This document shows positions 36,660 through 47,504 of a stretch of 64,000 nt of DNA, one piece after another (within the stretch, counting starts at the first letter, position 1; the number at the start of each line of letters is the position of its first letter). The notes below the pieces were generated by a model. That model did no database searches. It had not been told where the DNA came from and saw nothing but the letters and a program-made list of their open reading frames with translations. The DNA is from a virus (taxonomy: Duplodnaviria; Caudoviricetes): positions 65,647 to 129,646 of the IMG/VR virus record IMGVR_UViG_3300037455_000221, one strand, 5' to 3'. The position numbers and the translations under genes were made by a program.

Positions 36660-37292
36660 TTATCCGTGAATATTTTTTAAAATTTCTTCAGCACTTTTTC
36701 CTTCCTCAAGGCCTTCAAGAAATTTCAGATAAAAAGATGCCTTCTTAATATCCTCTGTACCATTTTTCTTATCGCTTCTCCAAGTGTATTTAAAAGCATT
36801 GCACTTACAGAAATTTTTCACAGCTTCAACGCCAAAAGTATCTACCATAACAGCCAGGCACTCGTACTTGCCGGACGTATAATGCTTCGGATGATTAACC
36901 GCATCATCTTCCTTAGCACGAACACAAGTATCTTTATCTGCCCACTTTTTTAATTCTTCTGTAAATCTAGGATCTACAAATGAACACTTCTGAGGCTTGA
37001 ACTGAAGCTTCTCAGGAGGATAAAGCGTAGCAGAAGTATGCTTGAGATCCTCTAGATATTTCTTGAATCTATCTGCAGCTTCGGGATCTTCATCTGCATA
37101 ACACTCAGGTTCATCAATATTGGTCAATAGATCTATAAGTCCCTTATTCATACCAATTTCGAAGCCCCCCATGTCAACCCATGCAACTTCATCGTCTGAC
37201 ATATCTTTTTTACATTCTTTGAACTTCTTTAAAATCTCTTCATACTTATCCATATCGTCATCCTCTTCTCTAATGTTTACAAAATTTAACAT
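36660..37292 (-). CDS. DUF3310 (T7 gp1.7 nucleotide kinase-like) domain protein
   Basis: DAVNHPKHYTSGKYEC...NAFKYTWR..KKNG.EDIKKA; start may be ATG 37253. Confidence 0.8.
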   Translation of the reverse strand: MLNFVNIREEDDDMDKYEEILKKFKECKKDMSDDEVAWVDMGGFEIGMNKGLIDLLTNIDEPECYADEDPEAADRFKKYLEDLKHTSATLYPPEKLQFKPQKCSFVDPRFTEELKKWADKDTCVRAKEDDAVNHPKHYTSGKYECLAVMVDTFGVEAVKNFCKCNAFKYTWRSDKKNGTEDIKKASFYLKFLEGLEEGKSAEEILKNIHG

Positions 37293-37436
37293 ATTTACTC
37301 CTTTTGTTTATATTACTAAACGTTATATCTTGCTTGTATTGTTTGTATGAACAACAATTACCATGACACCCCACAGATCTATTTTTACATTCTGCACATG
37401 GTGACTTAATGGTAATTAATTTTCTATTTATCGTCA

Positions 37437-37748
37437 TCATTCTGCTTCAGTAATGAGATCAAACTCTCCACTATCGTCAAACTCAACAGCAACCCTATTA
37501 CCATAAGTATTAAGGACAAAATAGTTTTCATCGTCATGAGCCTCTATATCCTTGTCATATCCGGTTCTGGTTAATGCGTCTCTGATCCATTCATAATCTG
37601 TCTTCTGTAATAGTGTATGTACTTTGAACAAACAACTGCCACACAAGCGAATGGGATTCCCGCCATTAATACTAATAGTACCGCCCCAATCATTCTCAGT
37701 CGCCTCCTCGTACTCTAGTCCACATCTTTGGCACACATACGTACTCAT
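37437..37748 (-). CDS. Hypothetical Zn-binding protein
   Basis: CQRCG...LCGSC; GGAGG RBS. Confidence 0.6.
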   Translation of the reverse strand: MSTYVCQRCGLEYEEATENDWGGTISINGGNPIRLCGSCLFKVHTLLQKTDYEWIRDALTRTGYDKDIEAHDDENYFVLNTYGNRVAVEFDDSGEFDLITEAE

Positions 37749-38087
37749 TATTCTACCTCCTTCAAATATTTATTAATTGTATTAATTGCCACTTGTATTC
37801 CGAGACAAAAGATTTCACCATTATCTGCTACAAAATTCGCATGATAGACACTATTTTCTTTCGTTTGATCCATTGTTGATTGTAATTCAGAAAGAACTTT
37901 ATCCCATGCCTCAAGACTTGTCATGATTCAATCTCCTTCTTTGTCTCATTTTTTCTTTTCTGTCTTGCACGTTTGCGGTTCTTCCATTTCCACCAGTGCC
38001 ATCCCTCAGGGTGATTCTTAGAAGAACAACACCAATTCTTTATGAAATTGGCTTGAAATACTCTTTTCTTATCGAGGCCACGTTCAC

Positions 38088-39155
38088 TCAAAATAGATCA
38101 TCCTCCTCACTCTTCTTATCGGTCTTAACAAATGTCGAGCAATAATCTTTATAGTACGGACACTTCTTACTATGTCCACACAATGACGAACAAAAGTAAC
38201 TGTCTGCTGCTACATTCTTAGGCGGATAATTCTTTTCATCCGTGCCACGTTCTTTATAAGACTGAATCTGTTTTGTTATATAATCAAGTGTCTCTTCAAC
38301 CACTTCTGGAGTGTAATCATAGTAACGTACGTATTGTGATACTTCGAATTGGTCTCTTAACTCTTTAGGAAGCCCATCAAGAGAATTTTCTTCAACAGCC
38401 TTACTGACTATCATATCTAATTCAAACTCATCAATATCAACCGCCACAGGAGGTTTAAGAAGGTATGGACGGATCTGCGATACGTAGTTACGCCACTCGC
38501 AAACCTTCTCCTTGATCTTGCCGTTCTTTTGCTTCCACCTGACTACACAATACTTAAGCATTACCCATGCCAAATCCCTAACTTTATATCCTTCTTGTTC
38601 AAGAGCCTGGGCATAAAGTACTAACTGTCTACCGGCCTCAATAAGATGATCGCCAACGAATTGGCTGCTTGTCTTCCAGTCAAACACACTTACTGTGCCG
38701 TCATCATTTATAGGCAGAAGGTCGATATAGCCCTGGATATAATCATCATCTGATACTCTATATATGACCAGCTGTTCTGTTTTAAATGTACCCTTAGGAG
38801 CCTTGAAGTTATTACAAAATCCGGTCATATTCGCAATCCAGTTATTACGAATTGTACTATTACCATTCTTGTCCTTAGGAAAATCAATACCGCTAATCTC
38901 CATATTATCTATACCATCTTCAAGACTATTGATCAGAGCGGTTGTTGATGTTCCATTATCAATAATATCTTGAAGTGTATCGTGCATAATAGATCCTAGT
39001 GCTGCCCATACATTAGTCTCGCCACGATCACCAAGTACATAAGTTCTATAAGCCTGATAAGGACACTGATTAAGAGTATTTAATCTTGATATTGAATATA
39101 TATTTTTGCCTTGCGCCCTAAGTTCTTCAAGACGTTCTTCTTTAGCTCTCTCCAT
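38088..39155 (-). CDS. PD-(D/E)XK exonuclease (Cas4/AddB-like, probable Fe-S)
   Basis: YSISRL...CPY, GSIMH, GYIDL, FDWKTS, QLVLY, C-terminal C...C.....C. Confidence 0.85.
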   Translation of the reverse strand: MERAKEERLEELRAQGKNIYSISRLNTLNQCPYQAYRTYVLGDRGETNVWAALGSIMHDTLQDIIDNGTSTTALINSLEDGIDNMEISGIDFPKDKNGNSTIRNNWIANMTGFCNNFKAPKGTFKTEQLVIYRVSDDDYIQGYIDLLPINDDGTVSVFDWKTSSQFVGDHLIEAGRQLVLYAQALEQEGYKVRDLAWVMLKYCVVRWKQKNGKIKEKVCEWRNYVSQIRPYLLKPPVAVDIDEFELDMIVSKAVEENSLDGLPKELRDQFEVSQYVRYYDYTPEVVEETLDYITKQIQSYKERGTDEKNYPPKNVAADSYFCSSLCGHSKKCPYYKDYCSTFVKTDKKSEEDDLF

Positions 39156-39244
39156 TATTTACCACCTTCTTTTTAATGACCTCGATAGGAAATCTTGTGT
39201 TGAGATCTCGAACTACTTCATATTTGTCCTTATCATATGATTCC

Positions 39245-39424
39245 CTAATATTCATAATCAAATGTATCAGATAAAATATGCTTTTCAATGCGAACCATCT
39301 TTGAAATATTGCACATCTTTACAGCGTCAGCATAATCTTCAGCCATTAATTGACAATATCTGGTGATAAGATTAACATATCCGTCTTCAACTATTGTTAT
39401 TTCCTCGCCATTAATATGAATCAT
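39245..39424 (-). CDS. Hypothetical protein
   Basis: Likely start MIHING after GGAGG. Confidence 0.45.
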   Translation of the reverse strand: MIHINGEEITIVEDGYVNLITRYCQLMAEDYADAVKMCNISKMVRIEKHILSDTFDYEY

Positions 39425-39869
39425 CCACTTCCACCTCCATATAATATACTGCGTCCTGAAATATTTTATCCATAGAGTCTCCATAGTAAATTCTGTTAAC
39501 ATTTTCATCACCCATAACAGATGAATACGATTCAGTTGACCATGACTCTTTTGGATAAAAGATACATACTCTAGGAGCCTTGCGCTTTTTAAAATCCTCT
39601 TTACAGAAAGGAGAGTTACTATGATAATGCCAGTCATCACTAGGTTCAGTAACTACCATATCATAAGGGTAAAATACGTCCACGACCTTATCAACGTAGC
39701 GACTATATACACGTCCGGCATTATGTTCATACGGAGTATCATCCCAGTCGTCGCCCCAATATTCTTTAAGCTTCTCAGGATCCTTTGCAAGGTAATATCT
39801 GACCGTATTACCCTTAATTTCTAAGTCTATTACCTTATAACCTTTGCATTCTTGTTTTGTCATCTTCAT
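39411..39869 (-). CDS. Hypothetical phage protein
   Basis: YWGDDWDDTPYEHNAG motif. Confidence 0.65.
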   Translation of the reverse strand: MKMTKQECKGYKVIDLEIKGNTVRYYLAKDPEKLKEYWGDDWDDTPYEHNAGRVYSRYVDKVVDVFYPYDMVVTEPSDDWHYHSNSPFCKEDFKKRKAPRVCIFYPKESWSTESYSSVMGDENVNRIYYGDSMDKIFQDAVYYMEVEVDDSY

Positions 39870-39870
39870 A

Positions 39871-40896
39871 TCAATCTACCTTTACTATACAATTCTTTGT
39901 CATCTGCTCAAATATATATCTTCCATGATCGGATGGACTATCCTTAGAGCCTTTATTGAGATAATAATGGTCACGATCAAAGAGATAATACACATTATTC
40001 TTCATTATGTGAGTATCTACTTTAAGTTTCTCAGCTTCAAACCTAATGGCTTCTTCATCAATTCCTTCATCATATGCTAAGATTATATTCTTCGCTCCGA
40101 TTCCTTTAATATAGTGGCATTGTGTATTACTGAGGCAATGCCCGCCTATTGCTGTAGCGATAGGGCTTCCAAAGCTATGCATCTGCATCACTGATTTCTC
40201 AGCCTCTAATACTACAATAGTATTTTTAGATACTATAGAATGATAATTTGTTGTATATCCATACACTATATTAGTTTTAGGATATGGGAGTGAAGCATAG
40301 AATCTACAATCTGACGGACAAAGCGGATCATTACTTCTATTTTTACATCCTACTAATCTACCGGAATAATCATAGATAGGGATTGCAATGCTATTATCAT
40401 CAAGATCCATTCTGACATCAAACAACTCTTGAGTTTGGAATCCTACACCATCCTTAAAAAACTTTTGAGATAGAGCGCCAGGCGGAGGTAAGGCTGTATC
40501 AGGATAATAAGTAAAATTTAATTCATAATTACCATATGAATCATGCTTGGCTTGTTTATAAAAACCTTCGAAAGGGAGAGAGACTCTTATGTCATCCTTA
40601 TATCCAGTCCACTTTGCTATCTTAGTTAATGCCTCAGGGAAACTACAGTCGGTTTCATCCATGACTAGAGTAAAGATATTACCTGAATTATTACGTGTCA
40701 TCATTTTATAATTCAAACTATCTAGCCATACAAGTAATCCGTTCCTATTATCTCCGCCCACTCTGCACATCGATAAATAATTTTGAGTTGAATGATATTT
40801 GATAGATTCAGTTTCTATTCCAATTCTCTCAAGCACTTTCACAATTCTATCTTCTTTATTACGAAGATAATCCTTGAGACTAATTGCATCAATCAA
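39871..40896 (-). CDS. DNA primase (TOPRIM)
   Basis: IAIPIYD..GRLVG..NR, VLEAEKSV, ILAYDEG, KDSPSD. Confidence 0.85.
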   Translation of the reverse strand: MIDAISLKDYLRNKEDRIVKVLERIGIETESIKYHSTQNYLSMCRVGGDNRNGLLVWLDSLNYKMMTRNNSGNIFTLVMDETDCSFPEALTKIAKWTGYKDDIRVSLPFEGFYKQAKHDSYGNYELNFTYYPDTALPPPGALSQKFFKDGVGFQTQELFDVRMDLDDNSIAIPIYDYSGRLVGCKNRSNDPLCPSDCRFYASLPYPKTNIVYGYTTNYHSIVSKNTIVVLEAEKSVMQMHSFGSPIATAIGGHCLSNTQCHYIKGIGAKNIILAYDEGIDEEAIRFEAEKLKVDTHIMKNNVYYLFDRDHYYLNKGSKDSPSDHGRYIFEQMTKNCIVKVD

Positions 40897-42017
40897 TTAT
40901 CATCACCACCTCTTAGTTTAAAATATGTTGCCAATGACATAATCAATGCATCTATTTCTTCTTTAGTAGTCTTTTCTCCAAAGGATATACGGATTGAAGA
41001 CTCAGCCTCTTCATCAGTCAATCCTATTGCTTTAAGTACATGAGAAGGTTTACCATCTTGTGTATTACATGCACTACCAGCAGATACATAAATCATATTA
41101 TTTGATAGAAATTCTACTATTTCCTCAGATCTATATCCTTTAAAACATATATTACAATTACCAGCGTAATGATCTGCTAAAGGGTTATTATAAGTCCAAT
41201 TATATTCTATAAGCACTTCTTCAAGCTGACTACATAAATACTTTTGTATCTCTGTAATATGTTTCAAATTTTCACCAAGATGATTCATTTCATATTCTAG
41301 TGCAGCAGCCATACTCATAATACCAGGAACATTCTCAGTACCGGATCTAAGTCCACGTTCTTGTCCACCACCATATACAAGTGGTGGTATTTTAACTCCT
41401 TTACGAATATACATAAAACCTATACCCTTAAGAGCTCCAAATTTATGCCCACTTGCTGTTGCAAAATCCAGCCCAAGTTCATGTACATTCACAGGAATAT
41501 GTCCTACGGCTTGAGTAATATCGCTATGAATATATGTATTAGACTTTTTGGCTATATCAGATAGCTGCTTAATAGGTTGTATTGTGCCTATTTCGTTATT
41601 AAGTAACATTACTGATACCAAATCAGTATCATCAATCGCACCTCTAAGATCATCCGGATCAACATAACCAAGCATATTTGCACGAAGCAAATAAGATGTA
41701 TTGCTTACAAGATTTAACACTGAATGATGCTCAATATTGCTAGTGACTAATCTTCCACCTAAACTTTTAAGTACTCCCTGAATAATAATATTGTTACCCT
41801 CAGTAGCACCACTGGTAAAATAAATCTCTTCAGGATCTGCTCCTACACATTTTGCAATAGTTGCTCTTGCATTTTCAATGTCTGCTCTAACCTCTCTTGC
41901 ATTGCCATAAGCAGCAGAAGGGTTATAATAGACAGTCATATATTTTTTTGCTGCGTCTCTTGCGCATTGCACAATAGGTGTTGTTGCTGCATAATCAAGA
42001 TATATTGATGATTTCAT
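40893..42017 (-). CDS. iscS: Cysteine desulfurase (IscS/NifS family)
   Basis: YLDYAATTP, FTSGATE, IEHHSV, SGHKFG (PLP Lys), RSGTENV, SAGSAC (catalytic Cys). Confidence 0.93.
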   Translation of the reverse strand: MKSSIYLDYAATTPIVQCARDAAKKYMTVYYNPSAAYGNAREVRADIENARATIAKCVGADPEEIYFTSGATEGNNIIIQGVLKSLGGRLVTSNIEHHSVLNLVSNTSYLLRANMLGYVDPDDLRGAIDDTDLVSVMLLNNEIGTIQPIKQLSDIAKKSNTYIHSDITQAVGHIPVNVHELGLDFATASGHKFGALKGIGFMYIRKGVKIPPLVYGGGQERGLRSGTENVPGIMSMAAALEYEMNHLGENLKHITEIQKYLCSQLEEVLIEYNWTYNNPLADHYAGNCNICFKGYRSEEIVEFLSNNMIYVSAGSACNTQDGKPSHVLKAIGLTDEEAESSIRISFGEKTTKEEIDALIMSLATYFKLRGGDDN

Positions 42018-42037
42018 ATACTTACCTCACGAATATT

Positions 42038-42066
42038 ATATTATCATTATATTGTTATTCTGTCAA
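42038..42066 (-). promoter_or_regulatory. sigmaA-type promoter for iscS-primase
   Basis: TTGACA-17 nt-TAATAT with TG. Confidence 0.65.
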
Positions 42067-42067
42067 C

Positions 42068-43531
42068 TTATCTACTACGTGAAAAGTTATCAAATGTTAT
42101 ATCTATCCAGCCTACTTCCTTCATCCTCATAAATGCCATATCAAATTGTACACATATCTGAGGAGATACTTCACCAGATCTGTTTTTAGGTACGAATAGA
42201 ATAATATAATGTTTCTCAGGATCAAGATCCAACAATACTTTTACTTTCTTACCGTCTTCTGTCTGACGATAATTATAGGGATGTAAACTCTCGTACTCAT
42301 TATTAAATACCGGACGGAACATAATACACGCATGACAAGTTTCTGCAATACCCCTTGACTTACCAATAGAACTAAGATCAAGATACTTTCTTGTAAGTGA
42401 ATCGGGAGCCAGCTGAAATGTACATACAAGTGCAACCTTGGTCTTCTTTGCCATCTGGAAAAGAGTTTCAGCACATGCACTAAACTCTGCCCATGCTCTA
42501 TCTGATGCTCCGTCTGCGGGTTTGAGTACGTCATAGATTACAATAGGATATCCAATCTTAGAATACTTGGTAATAATCTTACGTACTGCTGCAGTATTGT
42601 AGTCTTGAAGTTCTACAAAACGTACATGGCCCGGAAGATTCTTGAGCCATTCACCAGCCTTTTTAAGTTCTGCTTTCTGCTCAGGTGTAAAATGTCCAAG
42701 CCCAATTTTCTTTCTGTTTAATCCACAACCCTTAAATTCAGAATTATTAAACAGTGCGTATGTAAGAAGTAACTGTCTATACTCCTTAGCCGTTTGTTCA
42801 TTACTAATAACAAGTACGTTACGACCTTCTTCAAGATTCTTCATGATGATGATAGGCACAGACCCACTTGTTTTACCCTGTCCAATAGGAGCACCAAGAA
42901 GAGTCATTGTGCCAGGATGTAATCCGCCAAGCATATAGTTAAGTGTATTAAGACCAAGCGGATAACCTTGCTGCAATCCGGCATCGAGTTCTTCAATAAA
43001 AGAATCATTATCCTCATTGACATCCTCAGTTACGATCTTGTCTACACCAGCCACCATGCTATCGCTGATCTGGTACTCAATGTAGTCATAGCATTCTTCA
43101 GCAGACATATTCTTATACTTATCCATGTCACGAAGATCGATAAACCCTTTAAGAAATAACTTGGTAAGGAAGTTATTCTTAGCAAGAATGTCATAGTATG
43201 AATCAGCGTTTTGTTCATTAACAAGCCCCATCATTTCACGAAGAGTAGATAGGCCACCATACTCGTCAAAACGTTTCTTAACAGTCTTTTTGTCAGAGAG
43301 GTAAGTTAATATAGCCATGTCATCAAATGAGTCATATCCAGCCTTTGAGAGCCCTAGGGCGAGGTTGTAATAAAACTGTCCGGCATCAGTGATAACGTCA
43401 TCACCATTTACCAATCTGTCTTTATATAAACCAATGAGTTCGGGATCCTTATAAAGACTTATAATAAAGTTACACTCTATCTCTTGTCTTCCTTCCGTCA
43501 GCTCCTTGGGTAATTCCTTAATGTCAATCAT
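42068..43531 (-). CDS. DnaB-like replicative helicase
   Basis: Walker A GAPIGQGKT, ISNEQ, IYDVLK, TFQL, KNRSG. Confidence 0.88.
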   Translation of the reverse strand: MIDIKELPKELTEGRQEIECNFIISLYKDPELIGLYKDRLVNGDDVITDAGQFYYNLALGLSKAGYDSFDDMAILTYLSDKKTVKKRFDEYGGLSTLREMMGLVNEQNADSYYDILAKNNFLTKLFLKGFIDLRDMDKYKNMSAEECYDYIEYQISDSMVAGVDKIVTEDVNEDNDSFIEELDAGLQQGYPLGLNTLNYMLGGLHPGTMTLLGAPIGQGKTSGSVPIIIMKNLEEGRNVLVISNEQTAKEYRQLLLTYALFNNSEFKGCGLNRKKIGLGHFTPEQKAELKKAGEWLKNLPGHVRFVELQDYNTAAVRKIITKYSKIGYPIVIYDVLKPADGASDRAWAEFSACAETLFQMAKKTKVALVCTFQLAPDSLTRKYLDLSSIGKSRGIAETCHACIMFRPVFNNEYESLHPYNYRQTEDGKKVKVLLDLDPEKHYIILFVPKNRSGEVSPQICVQFDMAFMRMKEVGWIDITFDNFSRSR

Positions 43532-44024
43532 TCAGCCACCTCGATATATCATGTGTTTCCCGGACTTTAACCGGAGTTACATTGGATTCAACTTCTTCTA
43601 TCGTCGCTGCTGTTTTATCAATGTGTTGAAGTTTCTTTTTATCTTGATGTTGTTTATATATATCATTAATACTGTTTGTAATAATCGCCATAATATAAGA
43701 TGTTTTATTATACTCAGAAGTAAAATCCTTATTACTTATAGAATTTATAATGACTTGTTTTTTGTTACTAATTGTTTCAAATACTACTTCATAACCATAT
43801 GATTCATATTCTTTTAATTTCTTAGCAACTATTGTAGGGAACTTTTGATCTTTGCTATACCCCAAAATGTTCCCTAATTCCTCTATACATTTTTGGCGGT
43901 ACGTTTTCTCAAACATAAGATGCTCAAAGGCTCCTTGCGATGAATAATATTTTCCATCAGGAGCCTTCCAAGCATCTGTAGATGAGACGAGTACGCCGGT
44001 ATCACGACACTTTACTTGTCTCAT
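43524..44024 (-). CDS. Hypothetical replication protein (possible helicase loader/partner)
   Basis: Overlaps the helicase start; YIMAII.NSIND motif. Confidence 0.55.
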   Translation of the reverse strand: MRQVKCRDTGVLVSSTDAWKAPDGKYYSSQGAFEHLMFEKTYRQKCIEELGNILGYSKDQKFPTIVAKKLKEYESYGYEVVFETISNKKQVIINSISNKDFTSEYNKTSYIMAIITNSINDIYKQHQDKKKLQHIDKTAATIEEVESNVTPVKVRETHDISRWLND

Positions 44025-44033
44025 ATAAATCCC

Positions 44034-44246
44034 TCACTTCTTCTTAATAGCGTCTCTATTTACAAGTGAGATAGTAATACTTCCGTCTTCTTCTATAATA
44101 GTAGAGAACACGTCTCTACCAAGTATTCCGTAGGTAACATCATTTTTAGTACCCTTATCAATAAGGACTGTCTGTCCATCCTTAACAGTAATCTTCTGAT
44201 CCTTCGCTCTCAGTACTCTCAGCTGCTCGTCCAGTTTCATATTCAT
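44034..44246 (-). CDS. Hypothetical protein
   Basis: ORF with RBS. Confidence 0.55.
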   Translation of the reverse strand: MNMKLDEQLRVLRAKDQKITVKDGQTVLIDKGTKNDVTYGILGRDVFSTIIEEDGSITISLVNRDAIKKK

Positions 44247-44481
44247 TATCCTCTCTTATTATCTTTGCACCATAACTTGAATTGTATTTAATGTCCTTAA
44301 TTGCCTGTCTGAACATCTTTAATTCATCCGGTGTCTTAACTTTTGTCATTATTACTCCGCTCTCAAGTGTTACGTTGAGCCCACGAGCCAGCAGTTTTTC
44401 AACTGCCAGCTCCTTATCACTCTTCTCTCGTACGTACGCTTTGGGTTCTTCAGGCTTAATGTCTTGTTTTTTCTTAGGCAT
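44182..44481 (-). CDS. Hypothetical protein
   Basis: Coupled ORF. Confidence 0.55.
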   Translation of the reverse strand: MPKKKQDIKPEEPKAYVREKSDKELAVEKLLARGLNVTLESGVIMTKVKTPDELKMFRQAIKDIKYNSSYGAKIIREDNEYETGRAAESTESEGSEDYC

Positions 44482-45650
44482 TATGCTACTCCAAGAATTT
44501 CTGCAGCTTCTTCAAGCATTTCAACGGTAAATGCGTCCTTATCCTTGAAGTTGCTAAGGCCATTGCTCTTCAGAAACTCTTTAATCTTAACCTTAGTATC
44601 GCTATCCATATTGAGTGCTGCTTCCTTAATCTTGCCAAACAAATCCTCAAATCTCTCAGCGTTGACTACAGAGGACTTCTTGTCTTCGGAGTACTTCTTC
44701 TCAACCTCAGCCTTCTTCTTCTCTACTACCTTCTGTTCCTTGGTAGCCTCAGCAACTGACGAACCTTTGCTGGTAAGTTCAGCCTCGATAGCGTCCTTGA
44801 TTGCGTCTACAAGTTCCTGGCCATTGAGTCCAATTTCGTCAGTGATGTGAGCAAAGCGACTCTTTGAATCGATGGCATAACTGTCATCACGGAAGGAAAT
44901 AACACGAGCCTCAGCTCCTACCTTACCTACCTCGACCTTTTCCTTCTTGCCCTTGCCAACGATCTTTTCCTTCTCGACCTTGTTGATAATCTCTCTCTTG
45001 ATGTACGCAACACCAAGGACATCGAGCTTATTCTTAATAGCGTTGAAGGAACGCATTGTCATATCGGTGGTAAGCTGAGTATATGTCTCACCGGATACGG
45101 GATCAGTAATATCCTTCTGCTTAATATGTCCAATGATTACAAAGGATACGCCAACCTTCTTGAGCTCCCAGAGTGTCTCAACAATGAGCTGATCTGCCAT
45201 ATCAGATCCGGCTCCGAAACCACCATAGACCTGCTTGATTGAGGTCTTCTTGGGCTGGTCAGCATTCTCCTTATTATATCTACGAATGATCTCAGCATCC
45301 GCAATTTCCTTGAGCTGATCAAGAGTATCGATTACAACAACCTTAAGATTAGGATACTCAGTATTCTTATTCTCAATGATGTCCTCAACAAGTTCTGCAA
45401 ATCCTACCTCGTTGTTAAGCTCCTCATAATCAGCATGCCATGAAGGGCAATTGATATAGTTGATATCCTGGATAGCGTCAACGCCGCTTTCCTTACCACA
45501 CTCTGCGAACAGATATCCGCCCTCTTCAGGTGCAAGGATTTCGCAGTACTCCTTGATTGTAGTGGTCTTACCTACGCCGGCAAGACCAATCAGGCCTACA
45601 TTGTAATCGAGCGGATTGATAGAAATCTTATTCTTCTTTCCAAAAGCCAT
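44481..45650 (-). CDS. AAA_24 / Sak4-like ATPase (single-strand annealing recombinase)
   Basis: GLAGVGKTT, VVIDTLD, YGGFGAG, IIGH, KSRF. Confidence 0.8.
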   Translation of the reverse strand: MAFGKKNKISINPLDYNVGLIGLAGVGKTTTIKEYCEILAPEEGGYLFAECGKESGVDAIQDINYINCPSWHADYEELNNEVGFAELVEDIIENKNTEYPNLKVVVIDTLDQLKEIADAEIIRRYNKENADQPKKTSIKQVYGGFGAGSDMADQLIVETLWELKKVGVSFVIIGHIKQKDITDPVSGETYTQLTTDMTMRSFNAIKNKLDVLGVAYIKREIINKVEKEKIVGKGKKEKVEVGKVGAEARVISFRDDSYAIDSKSRFAHITDEIGLNGQELVDAIKDAIEAELTSKGSSVAEATKEQKVVEKKKAEVEKKYSEDKKSSVVNAERFEDLFGKIKEAALNMDSDTKVKIKEFLKSNGLSNFKDKDAFTVEMLEEAAEILGVA

Positions 45651-45687
45651 AATAATTCTCCTTTTATTCTCTTGTTATATTGTCATC

Positions 45688-46815
45688 TTAATTGAAAAGA
45701 TCCATATCGTCGTCATCATCCTCAGGCTCTTCCTCAGCTTCAGCCTTAGTAGACTTCTTCTCAGTGGTAGGCTTGTTCATAATATCATCAGCACTTTCTT
45801 CGACAGCGGGGATATAAACCTCGTCCTCAAACTCTGCAAGGGTATCGTCAAGAGTAACACAACCATCTGCGTAATCATCCCTGAGGTCGAAATCTACGAG
45901 CTTATACTCAACCTTTCTCTCTCCATAGATCTTTCCCTTGGGTCTGAAGTCATCAAGAGTCTTAATGCCAAGTTCAATAGCCTCTCTCTGGTTCTCAGTA
46001 AGTTCCTTCTCGTCGAAAGCAATCTCTTCTGCTCCGTTAGTATAAGAGATTACAACAGCAATCTTATAAACCTTCTTAGCCTTAAGATTGTTCTTGATCA
46101 TACCATCCTCAAGACCAAGTCCGATCTGAGTCAGTCTATACTTCACAAGATTAACATGCTTCTCGTTGTCAAAGTCGATCTTAGAGCAGTCAAAGACAAG
46201 CTGGCGAGGTACATACTTGTTAGCCTTTTCAGATGCAACCCATTCCTTGGTATAACCATCGATGATAATCTTATGCTCCTTCTTCCACTCAGAAGTATCA
46301 AAGCTATCCTTAGTGAAGAAGAAATCTCCAAGGATGTTAAGTCCGGTCTTCACATTGTCATCAGCAGCAAAGATACTCTGAATGGTAAATCTATCTCTTG
46401 CATTACCATTATAGAAGTCCTTATTAACCTGACCGGTAACAGTAACTTTCTTCTTATCAAGTTCGAAGATATGATCGCGGATAAAATCTGCTACATCCTT
46501 ATTAGCAAGGAACTCTACTCTTCCTTCCTCAGTGAAGTTTACGACACTCTTATTGCGAGCAGTCTTAAGAACACCTTCACTATTACGATCTTCCCAATCA
46601 ACGTCAACCTTGTTGCCGTCATTGTCAAAGTAACGAACAGTATCCTGTTCCATACCAAAGCACTCTACATAACCTCTATTATTAGGAGTAGATGCTACCG
46701 AGAATGTTACACTTGTGTAAGGACTCCCGGATTTTGAAGTGCCGCTACGATCAAAGTAGCCTTTCTTAGAACTGTCTGTCTCTGCATGTGCATTGCCTGT
46801 GAACTTAAATCTCAT
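45688..46815 (-). CDS. Putative single-stranded DNA-binding protein
   Basis: OB-like beta pattern; acidic tail EEPEDDDDDMDLFN; sits next to the Sak4-like gene. Confidence 0.65.
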   Translation of the reverse strand: MRFKFTGNAHAETDSSKKGYFDRSGTSKSGSPYTSVTFSVASTPNNRGYVECFGMEQDTVRYFDNDGNKVDVDWEDRNSEGVLKTARNKSVVNFTEEGRVEFLANKDVADFIRDHIFELDKKKVTVTGQVNKDFYNGNARDRFTIQSIFAADDNVKTGLNILGDFFFTKDSFDTSEWKKEHKIIIDGYTKEWVASEKANKYVPRQLVFDCSKIDFDNEKHVNLVKYRLTQIGLGLEDGMIKNNLKAKKVYKIAVVISYTNGAEEIAFDEKELTENQREAIELGIKTLDDFRPKGKIYGERKVEYKLVDFDLRDDYADGCVTLDDTLAEFEDEVYIPAVEESADDIMNKPTTEKKSTKAEAEEEPEDDDDDMDLFN

Positions 46816-46882
46816 AATTCAATGTCCTTTCTTAATTATTACTATGTTAACTTGAAAATCATGCCCATATAGGCGTAAATAT

Positions 46883-46911
46883 ACATTAACATAATTATAT
46901 TATTATGTCAA
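46883..46911 (-). promoter_or_regulatory. sigmaA-type promoter of the replication operon
   Basis: TTGACA-17 nt-TAATGT with TG. Confidence 0.6.
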
Positions 46912-47171
46912 GTATTATCTATGGTAATATAAAAAGATAATTTAGATCCTCTATATACTGCATATCCTTCTTCGTCCATGTCCTCAAACTGGAAAGGCTT
47001 AATGGTATAATAAGGATAGAATACAAGTGAATTGCCAGTAGATCTATCAAACATTATCATTTCAAGCTCCTGATTATCCACTTCGTCAACCGACATATAC
47101 ATATTAATACTTTTAGCAGACACAAATATATGTTTGCCGGCAATCTTAGTGGCAAGTTCATCAAAGGTCAT
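46908..47171 (-). CDS. Hypothetical protein
   Basis: GGAGG RBS. Confidence 0.6.
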   Translation of the reverse strand: MTFDELATKIAGKHIFVSAKSINMYMSVDEVDNQELEMIMFDRSTGNSLVFYPYYTIKPFQFEDMDEEGYAVYRGSKLSFYITIDNT

Positions 47172-47504
47172 ATTATATCCTCCATGTTAATGTGATTTCA
47201 AAAAAAAAGACGACAGATGACAATGTCGAACGAATCTTTATATATTTATAGTTAGAGCGCTTGCAACGATTGATTATCAATCACTATTTATTTATGTCAC
47301 TTATTAATGATTGATAAGTATTAATGAGTATGTATCCTTGATATTTACTCATCTTTATATATTTCTTAACACAAGTGTATCACAAAAATTTCCAATGTCA
47401 ATACCCTATTGGTGTATTTTGTCAACTTAAATAGTAACAAAATTTTGTTTATATTATGTGCAACTTAACATAATAGCATTCTTACGCAATTCTCAAACAT
47501 AAAA

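Noticed and set aside
45616-46737. 373-aa + strand ORF antisense to the SSB-like gene
   Set aside because: Mirrors the sense gene codon for codon, is Leu/Ile/Ser-rich with no RBS or motif, and is explained by the biased codon use of the real gene.
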